Shown: positions 18,869 through 30,229, numbered from the stretch's first letter. The stretch is 32,000 bases of DNA from Candidatus Saccharimonadota bacterium (GCF_016593155.1 NZ_AP023215.1:60001-92000), one strand, 5' to 3'. The notes: generated by a model from the sequence alone, not told the origin. Translations and numbers: made by a program.

Positions 18869-21685
18869 ATGACAAATCAATACGAGAAATATAATTTATA
18901 TTCTTATTTTTATAGTGAAAATCTTTTATATATAGAAGATTTATATAAATCTTATTTAAAAAATTCAAATTCTATATCAGAAAATTGGAAAATATGTTTT
19001 GATTTAATGCAATCTATTAATTATCAAAATAAATTAAATATAAATTTTAAAAATTTAAATAAAGAAACAGATAATATTTCTATTTATAAAAAAAATCATA
19101 AAAAATTCGAATTAACATCTTTAATAGATAGTTACCGTAGATTAGGTGTATATTTTGCTAACTTAGATCCATTAAAACAAAAAATAAAAAAAATAAATTT
19201 AGCTTCTAAATTAAATATAAAATTTTATAATTTTAATGAATCTGATATGGATTCTATTATTAATGTTAATAATATTTTTTTTGGAGTTAAAGAAATAACA
19301 TTACGAAATTTATTAAAATTTCTTAAAAATACTTATACTAGTAATATTGGATCTGAATTTATGTATATTAATAACTTAAAAGAAGTTAAATGGATCCAAG
19401 AACAATTAGAGTCAACTCAAGCAACTCCAAATTTTTCAAAAGAAAAACAAAAAAATATTCTTTTTCTTCTTACAGCGGCAGAAGGATTGGAGCGTTATTT
19501 ACATAATCGTTATGTGGGTCAAAAACGCTTTTCTTTAGAGGGGAGTGAAAGTTTTATTTTATCATTAAATGAAATTATTCAACGCTCCGGAAAAAAAGGT
19601 ATTCGTGAAATTGTTATAGGTATGGCTCATCGTGGACGATTAAATGTTCTTGTAAATATTTTAGGAAAAAAACCAAAAGAATTATTTGATGAATTCGAGG
19701 ATAAAAATAGCAAAAATTTACTTTCTGGTGACGTAAAATATCATCAAGGATTTTCTTCTAATATTAATACTCCTGGAGGAATAATTCATTTATCTTTAGC
19801 ATTTAATCCTTCTCATTTAGAAATTATTAATCCTGTTGTTGAGGGGTCTGTTAAAGCACGAATGGAAAGAAGAAATGATAAATTTGGTACACAAGTTTTA
19901 CCAATTTTAGTGCATGGTGATGCCGCTTTTTCCGGACAAGGTGTAGTAATGGAAACTCTAAATTTTTCTCAAATAAATAATTATAATACTGGAGGAACTA
20001 TACATATTATAATTAATAACCAAATTGGTTTTACAACTAGTCCAAATGATTCACGTTCTACTTTATATTGCTCAGATATAGGGAAAATAATTGAAGCACC
20101 AGTTTTTCATGTTAATGGAGACGATCCAGAGGCTGTAATATTAGTTACTCAAATTGCCGTGGATTATCGAATGAAATTTAAAAAAGATTGTATTATAGAT
20201 ATTATTTGTTTTCGTAAATTGGGGCACAATGAACAAGATACTCCATCATTAACGCAACCTTTAATGTATAAAAAAATTTTTCAACACCCAGGTATTCGTA
20301 AATTATATGCCAATAAATTAGATACACAAAAAATTTTAACAAAACATGAAAGCGAGCATATGATAAAGGAATTTAATGATATGATAAATACCGGTAAATC
20401 TATCGTTAATTCTATACCATCAAATTTTATTCATGATAAATTTACATTAAAATGGGCTCCATTTTTAAAAAATCAATATATTAATAATTTTAATACTAAT
20501 ACCTCAATATCTTTAGAAAAATTAAAAATTTTATCAAAAAAAATAACTAATATACCTAAAAATTTTAAATTACATAAGTTAGTTAAAAAAATTTTAAAAG
20601 ATCGAGTTGCAATGGGATGCGGTCAATTGAATTTAGATTGGGGTATGGCGGAACATTTATCATATGCATCATTAGTTATATCCGGTTATGGAGTTCGTCT
20701 ATCTGGACAAGATTCTGGTAGAGGTACTTTTTCTCATCGTCATGCCATACTTTATAATCAAGACTATGAATATTCAAAAAAAGATAATATATCAACCTAT
20801 GTACCTTTACATAATGTTAGTAAAAATCAAGAAAAATTTCATATAATTAATTCTATTCTTTCTGAAGAAGCTATATTAGGATTTGAATATGGTTTTTCAA
20901 CATCTTCACCAAATACATTAACAATTTGGGAAGCACAATTTGGGGATTTTGCTAATGGCGCACAAGTAATTATTGATCAATTTATCAGCTCTAGTGAAGA
21001 AAAATGGGGTAGAATATCTGGTTTAACTCTAATGTTACCTCATGGTTATGAAGGTCAAGGCCCGGAGCATTCCTCTGCTCGCTTAGAACGCTTTTTACAA
21101 TTATGCGCAAATAATAATATGCAAATAGTACAACCAACTTCTGCTTCTCAAATTTTTCATTTATTACGTTATCAAATGATTCGCCCAATTCGAAAACCAT
21201 TAATTATTATAACTCCTAAATCTTTATTACGAAAAAAAGAAGCATCTTCAACTTTAATAGATTTAGCAACCGGTAAATTTAATAAAATTATTAGTGAAAT
21301 AGATGATATAATTAATCCTAAAAAAGTAAAAAGGATTATCGCTTGTTCTGGTAAACTTTATTATAATTTATTTGATTTTCGAAAAAAGAAAAATAAAAAT
21401 GATGTTGCGATTATTCGTATTGAGCAACTTTATCCATTTCCTCATGAAGATTTTTTAAAAATTTTAAGAAAATTTAAATATTTTGAGAAATTAGTATGGG
21501 CTCAAGATGAACCCAAAAATCAAGGAGCATGGCCACAAATACAAGAAAATATTTTAAAAAATTTAACATCAACTCAAAAATTAATATACGCAGGCCGATC
21601 TTGTAGTGCATCACCTGCCTCCGGTTATTATAGTAAACATTGTGAAGAACAAATAACTTTATTAAATAATGCTTTTTTTAAATAA
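18869..21685 (+). CDS. sucA: 2-oxoglutarate dehydrogenase E1 component
   Basis: 938 aa containing GQKRFSLEGSES, GMAHRGRLNVL, HGDAAFSGQGVV, GHNEQDTPS and LPHGYEGQGPEHSSARLERFLQ. Confidence 0.95.
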   Translation: MTNQYEKYNLYSYFYSENLLYIEDLYKSYLKNSNSISENWKICFDLMQSINYQNKLNINFKNLNKETDNISIYKKNHKKFELTSLIDSYRRLGVYFANLDPLKQKIKKINLASKLNIKFYNFNESDMDSIINVNNIFFGVKEITLRNLLKFLKNTYTSNIGSEFMYINNLKEVKWIQEQLESTQATPNFSKEKQKNILFLLTAAEGLERYLHNRYVGQKRFSLEGSESFILSLNEIIQRSGKKGIREIVIGMAHRGRLNVLVNILGKKPKELFDEFEDKNSKNLLSGDVKYHQGFSSNINTPGGIIHLSLAFNPSHLEIINPVVEGSVKARMERRNDKFGTQVLPILVHGDAAFSGQGVVMETLNFSQINNYNTGGTIHIIINNQIGFTTSPNDSRSTLYCSDIGKIIEAPVFHVNGDDPEAVILVTQIAVDYRMKFKKDCIIDIICFRKLGHNEQDTPSLTQPLMYKKIFQHPGIRKLYANKLDTQKILTKHESEHMIKEFNDMINTGKSIVNSIPSNFIHDKFTLKWAPFLKNQYINNFNTNTSISLEKLKILSKKITNIPKNFKLHKLVKKILKDRVAMGCGQLNLDWGMAEHLSYASLVISGYGVRLSGQDSGRGTFSHRHAILYNQDYEYSKKDNISTYVPLHNVSKNQEKFHIINSILSEEAILGFEYGFSTSSPNTLTIWEAQFGDFANGAQVIIDQFISSSEEKWGRISGLTLMLPHGYEGQGPEHSSARLERFLQLCANNNMQIVQPTSASQIFHLLRYQMIRPIRKPLIIITPKSLLRKKEASSTLIDLATGKFNKIISEIDDIINPKKVKRIIACSGKLYYNLFDFRKKKNKNDVAIIRIEQLYPFPHEDFLKILRKFKYFEKLVWAQDEPKNQGAWPQIQENILKNLTSTQKLIYAGRSCSASPASGYYSKHCEEQITLLNNAFFK

Positions 21686-21720
21686 AATTAAAATACTTAA
21701 AATATTATGGAGAAAAATTT

Positions 21721-22917
21721 ATGGCACTTATTGAAGTAAAAGTTCCGCAGTTATCGGAATCTATATCAGAAGCAACGTTATTAAATTGGCATAAAAAGGA
21801 AGGAGAATTAGTTGTTCGTAATGAAAATTTAATTGATATCGAAACAGATAAAGTAATATTAGAATTACCGGCTCCACAAGATGGTATAATTAATAAAATT
21901 ATTATTTCTGATGGATCTATTGTGACTTCTAATCAAGTAATTGCACTAATCGATACCAATGTTTCTAAATTAAACTCTAAAACAGAAATAAAAAATAAAA
22001 AAGATATAAAAAATCTTAATACTATTGCAATGCCCTCTGCTAAAAAAATTCTTTCAGATAATAATTTAAAAATTTCTCAAATTAATGGTACAGGTAAAGA
22101 TGGTCGTATAATTAAGGAAGATGTTCTTAAGGTTTTATCATCGATAAAAAATATAAATAAAAAAATACCCGAAAAATCTAAACCATATTTAAATAATATT
22201 TCTATAAAAAATAATTCTCGATTAGAAGAATATGTTCCTATGAGCAGATTGCGTATGTGTATTGCGGAACGTTTATTACAATCACAAGCTAATAGCGCAA
22301 TTTTAACTACATTTAATGAAGTTAATATGCAATCAATAATTGATTTACGTTTAAAATATAAAGATAAATTTGAAAAAGAACATAATGTAAAATTAGGTTT
22401 TATGTCTTTTTTTGTAAAAGCAGTTGTTTCTGCTTTAAAGCAATATCCAATTATTAATGCCTCAGTAGATAGTAGTAATATTATTTATCATAAATATTAT
22501 GATATTGGAATTGCTATTAGCTCATCTAGAGGATTAGTTGTTCCAATATTACGTAACGCAGATATAATGTCAATTTCTGATATTGAAAAAAAAATTAATG
22601 AATTTAGTAATAAAGCACATAATAATAAACTTTTACCAGAAGAAATGAGTGGAGGTACATTTACTATATCAAATGGAGGTGTATTTGGTTCTATGCTTTC
22701 AACTCCAATTATTAACCCTCCTCAATCAGCTATTTTAGGTGTTCATGCAATAAAAAAACGTGTTATTGTTGAAAATAATAATATTGTAATTCGTCCAATT
22801 AATTATTTTGCATTATCATACGATCATAGAATAATAGATGGTCGTGAAGCAGTGCTCAGTCTTGCGGTAATTAAAAAAAATCTAGAAGATCCATATTGTT
22901 TATTCTTGGATTTATAA
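21721..22917 (+). CDS. sucB: Dihydrolipoyllysine-residue succinyltransferase (E2o)
   Basis: 398 aa with a single lipoyl domain (lipoyl-lysine context IETDKV), a peripheral subunit-binding domain (MPSAKKILSDNNL...GTGKDGRIIKEDV) and a catalytic domain (GGTFTISNGGVFGS, SYDHRIIDGREA). Confidence 0.95.
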   Translation: MALIEVKVPQLSESISEATLLNWHKKEGELVVRNENLIDIETDKVILELPAPQDGIINKIIISDGSIVTSNQVIALIDTNVSKLNSKTEIKNKKDIKNLNTIAMPSAKKILSDNNLKISQINGTGKDGRIIKEDVLKVLSSIKNINKKIPEKSKPYLNNISIKNNSRLEEYVPMSRLRMCIAERLLQSQANSAILTTFNEVNMQSIIDLRLKYKDKFEKEHNVKLGFMSFFVKAVVSALKQYPIINASVDSSNIIYHKYYDIGIAISSSRGLVVPILRNADIMSISDIEKKINEFSNKAHNNKLLPEEMSGGTFTISNGGVFGSMLSTPIINPPQSAILGVHAIKKRVIVENNNIVIRPINYFALSYDHRIIDGREAVLSLAVIKKNLEDPYCLFLDL

Positions 22918-22965
22918 AATAATTTTAAATAAACTTTAAATTAAAGTTAATAAGAGAGTTTTATT

Positions 22966-24411
22966 ATGAATAAAAATTTTGATGTTATAGTTATTGGAGC
23001 TGGTCCTGGAGGATATGTAGCGTCAATTCGTTCAGCACAATTAGGATTTAAAACAGCCTGCATTGATGAATGGAAAGATCATGCAGAAAATTTTGCATTA
23101 GGAGGAACTTGTACAAATGTTGGATGTATTCCATCTAAAGCTTTATTACAAACCTCTAATTATTTTGAAAATACAAAAAATTCGTTTTTTGAATATGGCA
23201 TTAATATAGAAAATATAAAATTAAATTTACAAAAAATGCTAGAAAGAAAAAATAATATAATAAAACAAAATAATGCAGGAATATTATTTTTATTTAAAAA
23301 ATATAAAATAAAATTTTTTCATGGTCATGCAACTTTTACTGGAAAAATATATAATGATTTTTATGAAATTCAAATTATTAATAAAAACAAAGAAATAATA
23401 ATTACCGCTAAATATATAATTATAGCAACTGGCTCTAATGCAAGATCTTTTCCAGATGTAAAATTTGATGAAAATTTAATTTTATCTAATAAAGGTGCGT
23501 TAGAAATGGTTGATGTTCCAAAAAAACTTTGTATTATTGGTGCTGGTGTAATTGGTCTTGAAATAGGGAGTATTTGGAGAAGATTAGGTTCTAAAGTTAC
23601 TATTTTAGAGATATCATCTAATTTTTTAAATATAGTGGATGAGGAAATTTCAAAAAAAGCATATAATTTATTAACTAAACAAGGATTAAATATAATTCTT
23701 AATGTTAAAATACATGATATTAAAATTAATAAAAAAAATATTTTGATTAATTACACTAATAAATCAACTAATTTAAAAACAGAAATAATTACATCAATTT
23801 TTGATAAATTATTAATTTCTATAGGTAGAATTCCAAATACAAATAATTTAAATATTGATAAAATTGGTTTAAAGATGAATGAAAATAATTTTATCATAGT
23901 TAACGATAATTGTGAAACTAATATATCTAATATTTATGCAATTGGTGATGTTGTAAGAGGCCCAATGCTCGCTCATAAAGCGGAAGAAGAAGGAATTATG
24001 GTCGCTGAACATATTTCTGGTCAAAAACATTCTATTAATTTTAATGCTTTACCTTTTGTCATTTATACCCTTCCTGAAATTGCTTCTGTTGGTAAAACTG
24101 AGCAATATTTAAAAAAACATAATATTTCTTATAATGTTGGTATATTCCCATTTTTGGCTAACAGTCGTGCGCGTATTTTAGGTGAAACATCGGGTATGGT
24201 TAAAATATTATCTGATATGAATTCAGATGAAATTTTAGGTATTCATATTATTGGTCCAATGGCATCTGAATTAATTTCAGAAGCAGTTATGGCGATAGAA
24301 TTTCGTGCATCATCTGAGGATATTGCGCGAATATGTCATGTGCACCCATCATTATCGGAAGCAATAAAAGAAGCTGCTATGTCAATTGAAAATCGTTCTA
24401 TTAATTATTAA
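22966..24411 (+). CDS. lpdA: Dihydrolipoyl dehydrogenase (E3)
   Basis: 481 aa containing FDVIVIGAGPGGY, the redox-active disulfide GGTCTNVGCIPSK, IGAGVIGLE, AIGDV and the C-terminal HVHPSLSE. Confidence 0.95.
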   Translation: MNKNFDVIVIGAGPGGYVASIRSAQLGFKTACIDEWKDHAENFALGGTCTNVGCIPSKALLQTSNYFENTKNSFFEYGINIENIKLNLQKMLERKNNIIKQNNAGILFLFKKYKIKFFHGHATFTGKIYNDFYEIQIINKNKEIIITAKYIIIATGSNARSFPDVKFDENLILSNKGALEMVDVPKKLCIIGAGVIGLEIGSIWRRLGSKVTILEISSNFLNIVDEEISKKAYNLLTKQGLNIILNVKIHDIKINKKNILINYTNKSTNLKTEIITSIFDKLLISIGRIPNTNNLNIDKIGLKMNENNFIIVNDNCETNISNIYAIGDVVRGPMLAHKAEEEGIMVAEHISGQKHSINFNALPFVIYTLPEIASVGKTEQYLKKHNISYNVGIFPFLANSRARILGETSGMVKILSDMNSDEILGIHIIGPMASELISEAVMAIEFRASSEDIARICHVHPSLSEAIKEAAMSIENRSINY

Positions 24412-24423
24412 TTTATATTGTTA

Positions 24424-25482
24424 ATGAATTTTAAAGAACATTACATAAATTATTTAATTAAAAAAAAATATTATTTTGATTCTTCACAAATTAAAGTAAT
24501 TAATTATTTACAATTAACGTATGAAAAATGGGTAAAATATAAAAAATATAATAAAAATTTTTTTAAAAAAATAATATTACGTAAAAAAGTACCTCGAGGA
24601 ATATATTTATGGGGAGATGTTGGTAGAGGAAAATCATATATAATGAATTTTTTTTATTCCATGATTCCATTTGAAAAAAAAATTCGTTTTCATTTTTATG
24701 AATGGATAAAAAATATACATTATATACTTCATAAATCAAAAAATTTATTAAATCCATTGGATAATATAGCATTAAAAATATCTAAAAAATATTGGCTTAT
24801 TTATTTAGATGAATTTCATATATTAGATACAGCTAATGCTATAATTTTTTTTAATTTTTTTAAAAAATTACTTGATAATAATGTATCCCTTATTATAACA
24901 TCGAATTATAATCCTAATTTATTGTATTCAGATAACTTACATTATAATCATATATTACCAATAATTAAATTATTAAAGGAAAAAATGGATATCATAAATA
25001 TTAACGGTGATATTGATTACAGGTTTTTACCAAAAAAAAATAGTTATTATTATACACCCATAAATACTTTAAATAACAATAAATTATTACATTTATTTAA
25101 TAAAATAAAAAAAAATTCAGAAGAAAATTCATATATTTATGTTACTGGAAATCGTAAAATATATACAGTACGTTGTTCTAAAAATATAATTTGGTTTGAT
25201 TTTTTTACATTATGTAAAGAGGCATATTCACAAAATGATTATTTAGAGATTGCTAATAATTTTAAAAATATAATATTATCGAATGTTCCCCGTATGTCTA
25301 TTGATATGTCCTTAGAAGTTCGTCGTTTTACTTGGTTAATTGATATATTTTATGAGTATAAAATAAAATTAATTATTTTAGCTGAAGTTGAACCAATTAA
25401 ATTATATACTAAGGGACCTTTATCAAATGAATTTAAGCGTATAGTTTCTCGTATCATGGAAATGCAATATTTTTATTCTTAA
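24424..25482 (+). CDS. zapE: ZapE / AFG1-family ATPase
   Basis: Walker A RGIYLWGDVGRGKSY, Walker B LIYLDEFHILD, TSNYNP, DYRF and SQNDYLEIANNF...EVRRFTWLIDIFYEYKIKLI are colinear with E. coli ZapE (YhcM). The ORF track starts at TTG 24418; I prefer ATG 24424. The gene begins 6-12 nt after the lpdA stop. Confidence 0.85.
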   Translation: MNFKEHYINYLIKKKYYFDSSQIKVINYLQLTYEKWVKYKKYNKNFFKKIILRKKVPRGIYLWGDVGRGKSYIMNFFYSMIPFEKKIRFHFYEWIKNIHYILHKSKNLLNPLDNIALKISKKYWLIYLDEFHILDTANAIIFFNFFKKLLDNNVSLIITSNYNPNLLYSDNLHYNHILPIIKLLKEKMDIININGDIDYRFLPKKNSYYYTPINTLNNNKLLHLFNKIKKNSEENSYIYVTGNRKIYTVRCSKNIIWFDFFTLCKEAYSQNDYLEIANNFKNIILSNVPRMSIDMSLEVRRFTWLIDIFYEYKIKLIILAEVEPIKLYTKGPLSNEFKRIVSRIMEMQYFYS

Positions 25483-25601
25483 TATTCTTAGAAAATAAAA
25501 ATTTATAAAAATAAATACATATTTATAAAAATTGAATTTTACTTGAAAATAAGTTAAATTTAGTAAATTACTTAATAATAATTAATTAGAAAATTTATAA
25601 A

Positions 25602-26033
25602 ATGACAATCGAGCAAACATTATCAATTCTTAAACCAGATGCATTAAAAAAAAATATAATAGGTGAAATTTATGATCGTTATGAAAAAATAGGTTTGAAA
25701 ATTATCGCTGCTTATATGAAGCAATTATCAAAAATTGATGTTGAAAAATTTTATTCAATACATAAAACACGTTCTTTTTTTAAAAATTTAGTAGACTTTA
25801 TGATTTCTGGTCCTGTGTTTCTTCAGGTATTAGAGGGAGAGGATGCGATTAAGAAACATAGAATTTTAATAGGTGATACCAACCCAATAAAAGCAACTAA
25901 AGGAACAATTCGCGCGGATTTTGCGGAGTCAATTGATAAAAATATAGTACATGGATCTGATTCTATTAAAAATGCAAAATTTGAAATTTCATATTTTTTT
26001 TCAATTTCAAATATTTATTCAAAATATTTATAA
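25602..26033 (+). CDS. ndk: Nucleoside-diphosphate kinase
   Basis: 143 aa containing [34 protein letters not shown] and the active-site NIVHGSDS. Confidence 0.95.
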   Translation: MTIEQTLSILKPDALKKNIIGEIYDRYEKIGLKIIAAYMKQLSKIDVEKFYSIHKTRSFFKNLVDFMISGPVFLQVLEGEDAIKKHRILIGDTNPIKATKGTIRADFAESIDKNIVHGSDSIKNAKFEISYFFSISNIYSKYL

Positions 26034-26063
26034 AATACTTAAAAATTTATATCAATTTAATAA

Positions 26064-27137
26064 ATGATTAATTTATTAGATTTAAGCCCATTAAAATTTG
26101 TGAATTATTGTCAAGAATTAGGTGAAATGCCTTTCCGTGCTCAACAATTGCAAAAATGGATTCACAAATTTGGTGTATCTGATTTTAATAAAATGACAGA
26201 TATTTCCATATCTTTACGTAAAAAATTAAAAAACTCTGGATATATTAAAGCTCCTCATATAATTAGTGATCAAATTTCTTTTGATGGAACTCGTAAATGG
26301 ATTTTTAATGTTAAAAAAAATATAATAGAAACCGTTTTTATTCCAGAAAAAAATAGAAATACTTTATGCATTTCAACGCAAGTAGGTTGTGCAATAAATT
26401 GCATATTTTGTTCTACTGGAAAACAAGGATTTATTCGCAATTTAACAATTGGAGAAATTATTGGACAATTATGGGTTATTGAATTTAAATTAAGAAAAGA
26501 AAAAAATATTAAAATTGATTTTATAAAAAATCGTCAAATTACTAACATAGTTATGATGGGGATGGGAGAACCATTATTAAATTATAAATCCACTATCGGT
26601 GCCTTAAAATTAATATTAAGTGATCACGCCTATGGTTTATCAAGACGTCATGTGATACTCTCAACTACCGGAATTATACCAATGATTGATAAATTATCGA
26701 AAGAATGTCCAGTAGAATTAGCAATATCCTTACATGCATCTAATGATAATTTAAGGAATCAATTAATTCCTATAAGTAAAAAATATCCTTTAAAAGAATT
26801 AATATTAGCTTGTCATCGATATATTACTTATTCTCCACGTCATATGATAACTTTTGAATATTGTATGCTTCATGGTATTAATGATGAAGATATTCATGCT
26901 CTAGAATTAATTTCTCTCATGAAAAAAAATAAAATATTAATGTCATGTAAAATTAATCTTATTCCATTTAATTATTTTCCTAATTCGAATTTAATATGCT
27001 CTAAAAGTTCTCGTATAAAAATATTTGCAAAAATTTTAATGAATTCTGGTCTTTTTGTTACTATACGTAAAATACGAGGAAATGATATTAATGCCGCTTG
27101 CGGGCAGTTATCAGGTAAAATATTAAATCACATTTAA
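26064..27137 (+). CDS. rlmN: 23S rRNA/tRNA (adenine-C2)-methyltransferase, radical SAM
   Basis: 357 aa containing FRAQQLQKWIH, the radical-SAM cluster CAINCIFCSTG, MGMGEPLLNY and the C-terminal conserved INAACGQL. Confidence 0.93.
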   Translation: MINLLDLSPLKFVNYCQELGEMPFRAQQLQKWIHKFGVSDFNKMTDISISLRKKLKNSGYIKAPHIISDQISFDGTRKWIFNVKKNIIETVFIPEKNRNTLCISTQVGCAINCIFCSTGKQGFIRNLTIGEIIGQLWVIEFKLRKEKNIKIDFIKNRQITNIVMMGMGEPLLNYKSTIGALKLILSDHAYGLSRRHVILSTTGIIPMIDKLSKECPVELAISLHASNDNLRNQLIPISKKYPLKELILACHRYITYSPRHMITFEYCMLHGINDEDIHALELISLMKKNKILMSCKINLIPFNYFPNSNLICSKSSRIKIFAKILMNSGLFVTIRKIRGNDINAACGQLSGKILNHI

Positions 27138-27216
27138 TTAAACTAATTAATAGTTAATTAATTTTTTAAATTTATATTCAATTAAATTATTAATTAAAAT
27201 TTATTTTTAATTATTA

Positions 27217-28569
27217 ATGTTTTTATTAAATAAATGCAAAATGTTTAAAAAAAAGAATAAAATATATAGAATTAAAGGTATGAATGATATTTTACCTATC
27301 GATTCTAAATTATGGGAATTACTGGAAAATAAAATATTTTTTTTATTAAAAAGTTATGGATTTGAACAAATACGAACACCAATTGTTGAATCTACTTCTT
27401 TATTTATGCATTCTCTAGGAGAAGCAACCGATATTGTGAAAAAAGAAATGTATTCTTTTATTGATGCATTAAATGGAGATAATTTATCATTACGCCCAGA
27501 AGGAACTGCAAGTGTTATACGAGCGGTAATTGAAAATAATTTAATTTATGATGGTCCTAAAAGACTTTGGTATAGTGGGCCAATGTTTCGTCACGAACGA
27601 CCTCAATGTGGACGATATCGACAATTTTATCAAATTGGTGTAGAAGCAATTGGTTTTCCTGGTCCAGATATTGATGCCGAATTAATTATAATGTGCTCTC
27701 GATTATGGAGAAATTTAAAATTAAAAAATATTTATTTAGAACTTAATTCTATTGGAAATTTTCATGAAAGAAAAAAATACTGTATTGATCTAATTAATTA
27801 TATTGAAAAACATAAAGATTCAAAATGGTTTTGTGATGATATAAAACATCGTTTATCTTTAAATTCACTCCGTGTTTTAGATAGTAAAAATTTAATTATA
27901 CAAAAAATATTAAGTAATGCACCAAAATTACTAGATTATTTAGAAAAAGATTCTTTAGATCATTTTAATAATGTTCAAAAAATTTTAAAATATAATAATA
28001 TTTCTTATAAAATTAATACAAAATTAGTAAGAGGAATGGATTATTATAATCGCACCGTTTTTGAATGGACTACCGATAAATTAGGTTCACAAAATTCTAT
28101 ATGTGGCGGAGGAAGATATGATTTTTTAATCAAAAAATTTAGTAATAAATTTGTTCCAGCATCTGGATTTGCTATAGGAGTAGAGCGGTTAATTGAGTTA
28201 ATAAAAAAATCAAATATAAATTATAATTCTTCAAATACATGTGATATATATATAGTTCACGTAGGACAAGAAGCAGAATTAAAAGCATTTTTACTATCTG
28301 AAAATTTACGAACATTGGGATTAAAAGTTATTTTAAATTGTATTTTTAACAATATACCTGAAAACTTTAAATCTCAAATGAAGCGCGCTAATGCTAGTAA
28401 TGCTAGTTTTGCTGCTATAATAGGAGAAAATGAAATCGCAAATAACACTTTAATTATTAAAGATTTACGTAACCAATATAATAATCCTACATTAAAACAA
28501 ATTTCTATTTCCTTTCAAGACGCAGGAAATTATTTGTATAAAAAAATTATTAAAAATATAAATAATTAA
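27217..28569 (+). CDS. hisS: Histidine--tRNA ligase
   Basis: Motifs: [72 protein letters not shown] and GFAIGVERL. The start is ambiguous. ATG 27217 gives an 8-aa longer N-terminus than ATG 27241 ([16 protein letters not shown]), and 27241 matches homologue N-terminal length better. Confidence 0.9.
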   Translation: MFLLNKCKMFKKKNKIYRIKGMNDILPIDSKLWELLENKIFFLLKSYGFEQIRTPIVESTSLFMHSLGEATDIVKKEMYSFIDALNGDNLSLRPEGTASVIRAVIENNLIYDGPKRLWYSGPMFRHERPQCGRYRQFYQIGVEAIGFPGPDIDAELIIMCSRLWRNLKLKNIYLELNSIGNFHERKKYCIDLINYIEKHKDSKWFCDDIKHRLSLNSLRVLDSKNLIIQKILSNAPKLLDYLEKDSLDHFNNVQKILKYNNISYKINTKLVRGMDYYNRTVFEWTTDKLGSQNSICGGGRYDFLIKKFSNKFVPASGFAIGVERLIELIKKSNINYNSSNTCDIYIVHVGQEAELKAFLLSENLRTLGLKVILNCIFNNIPENFKSQMKRANASNASFAAIIGENEIANNTLIIKDLRNQYNNPTLKQISISFQDAGNYLYKKIIKNINN

Positions 28570-28655
28570 ACTATCTAAAGCTTACTATTAATAGTATAGT
28601 ATTTTTTTTAAAAAAATTTTTTTATAAATTATTTAAAAACTATATTAAATTAAAA

Positions 28656-30002
28656 ATGAAACCTGTTCTTGTTTTAGTTGGTCGTCCTAATGTTGGTAAA
28701 TCAACTTTATTTAATCGTTTAACTAATTCTAGAAACGCTCTTGTAGCTAATCATCCTGGATCAACACGTGATCGTCATTATGGAGAAGTAAATATAGGTA
28801 AAAAATCATTTATTATTATTGATACCGGAGGCTTTGATCCAGAAGTAAAAAAAGGTATTATGTATGAAATGACCAAACAAACTAAACAGGCAATAATTGA
28901 ATCAGATATTATAATTTTTATTGTTGATGGTAGACAGGGTTTAGTTGCGCAAGATAAAATAATTACTAATTTTTTACGAAAATCTGGACAACCAATTGTA
29001 TTAGTAATAAATAAATCTGAAAATATTAATTCTTCTATGATGTCTTCAGATTTTTATGAACTAGGAATTAGTAATACGCATATAATATCCGCATTATATG
29101 GAAATGGTATTAAAAATTTTATCGAAAATATACTAAATATAAAGCTTACTTATAAAAATTTTTCTAAAAAAAAAGAATTTATTAATATTAATTCTATTAA
29201 ATATATTAAAGTTGCTATTGTAGGTAAACCAAATGTAGGAAAATCTACATTAATTAATACATTATTAGGAGAAAAACGCGTTATTACTTATGATATACCA
29301 GGAACCACTCGTGATTCAATAAGATCATTATTTGAATATAATAATCAAAAATATATATTAATTGATACCGCTGGAATTCGACGTCGGGGTAAAATTTTTG
29401 AAGTTATTGAAAAATTTTCTGTTATTAAAACATTAAAATCAATTTTAGAAGCAAATGTGGTAATACTACTCTTAGATGCGCAACAAAATATTTCTGAACA
29501 AGATGTAAATATTGCTCATTTTATATATGAATCAGGACGCGCATTAATAGTTTGTGTTAATAAATGGGATAGTATTATTCATAATCAACGTGAAATTATT
29601 AAAAATAATATAAAAAGAAAATTAAATTTTCTTTCATTTGCAATATTTAATTTTATTTCTGCCATAAAATTACATAACATTAATTCTTTTATGAAGTCAA
29701 TTAATCATGTTTATGATGCAGCAATAATTAATCTTTCTACTCCTAGAGTAACACGCGCTCTTATTAATGCAATTAAAAAACATCCTCCTTGTCGTAAAAA
29801 AATAATTCGTCCAAAATTACGCTACGCACATCAAGGAGGAAAAAATCCACCTATTATAGTGATTCATGGAAATAGGTTGAAATATATTGGAAATGATTAT
29901 AAACGTTATTTAGAAAAATATTTTTGTAAAACTTTTTCTCTTGTAGGTACTCCTTTAAAAATTGAGTTTCGATCAAATATAAATCCGTATATTAAAAAAT
30001 AA
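28656..30002 (+). CDS. der: Ribosome-biogenesis GTPase Der (EngA)
   Basis: 448 aa with two tandem G domains ([12 protein letters not shown] / DTGG / NKSE and [12 protein letters not shown] / DTAG / NKWD) plus a KH-like C-terminus. Confidence 0.95.
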   Translation: MKPVLVLVGRPNVGKSTLFNRLTNSRNALVANHPGSTRDRHYGEVNIGKKSFIIIDTGGFDPEVKKGIMYEMTKQTKQAIIESDIIIFIVDGRQGLVAQDKIITNFLRKSGQPIVLVINKSENINSSMMSSDFYELGISNTHIISALYGNGIKNFIENILNIKLTYKNFSKKKEFININSIKYIKVAIVGKPNVGKSTLINTLLGEKRVITYDIPGTTRDSIRSLFEYNNQKYILIDTAGIRRRGKIFEVIEKFSVIKTLKSILEANVVILLLDAQQNISEQDVNIAHFIYESGRALIVCVNKWDSIIHNQREIIKNNIKRKLNFLSFAIFNFISAIKLHNINSFMKSINHVYDAAIINLSTPRVTRALINAIKKHPPCRKKIIRPKLRYAHQGGKNPPIIVIHGNRLKYIGNDYKRYLEKYFCKTFSLVGTPLKIEFRSNINPYIKK

Positions 30003-30229
30003 AACATAAATAAGTTTAATAATATAAATATATTTTTAAAAAAAATAAAAGTATAATGTTAAAGTAAAAAATATATTATATAATCTACTTTATTTATTCT
30101 CTTATAATCTAATATTAAAAAATGGTTTAAAAATATTTAAAATAATAGATTGCAAAAATTAATATTTTATTAAATTAATTATTAAACCTAATTTTTTAAG
30201 ATTTAAATTAACTTTATATTAAATAATAA

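Noticed and set aside
20991-21200. 69-aa minus-strand ORF
   Set aside because: It is antisense to the most conserved part of sucA (PHGYEGQGPEHSSARLERF region), so it is a shadow ORF.
24418-24420. TTG at 24418 as the zapE start
   Set aside because: An ATG follows two codons later (24424). Neither has a clear SD, so I prefer ATG, and the difference is only 2 aa.
24563-24772. 69-aa minus-strand ORF
   Set aside because: It is antisense to the zapE Walker A region, so it is a shadow ORF.
25501-25532. 12-bp direct repeat ATTTATAAAAAT (x2, 20 bp apart) and TTGAAT/TTGAAA hexamers upstream of ndk, considered as a promoter or operator
   Set aside because: It is short, AT-only and imperfectly positioned relative to any -10 element, so it cannot be distinguished from chance in this composition.
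28583-28609. Palindrome TACTATTAATAGTA followed by T8 after hisS, considered as a possible terminator
   Set aside because: The stem has a single G-C pair and the flanks are low-complexity T8-A7-T7. It is plausible but not supportable without RNA 3'-end data.
30003-30229. 227-bp der-clpP spacer considered as an hfq relic, sRNA gene or sigma-32 heat-shock promoter
   Set aside because: Six-frame reading shows no Hfq-like residues, and there is no GC-containing structure. There is no CTTGAAA...CCCCAT-like element either, only generic TATAAT/TTGCAA-like strings that occur everywhere in this AT-rich DNA.
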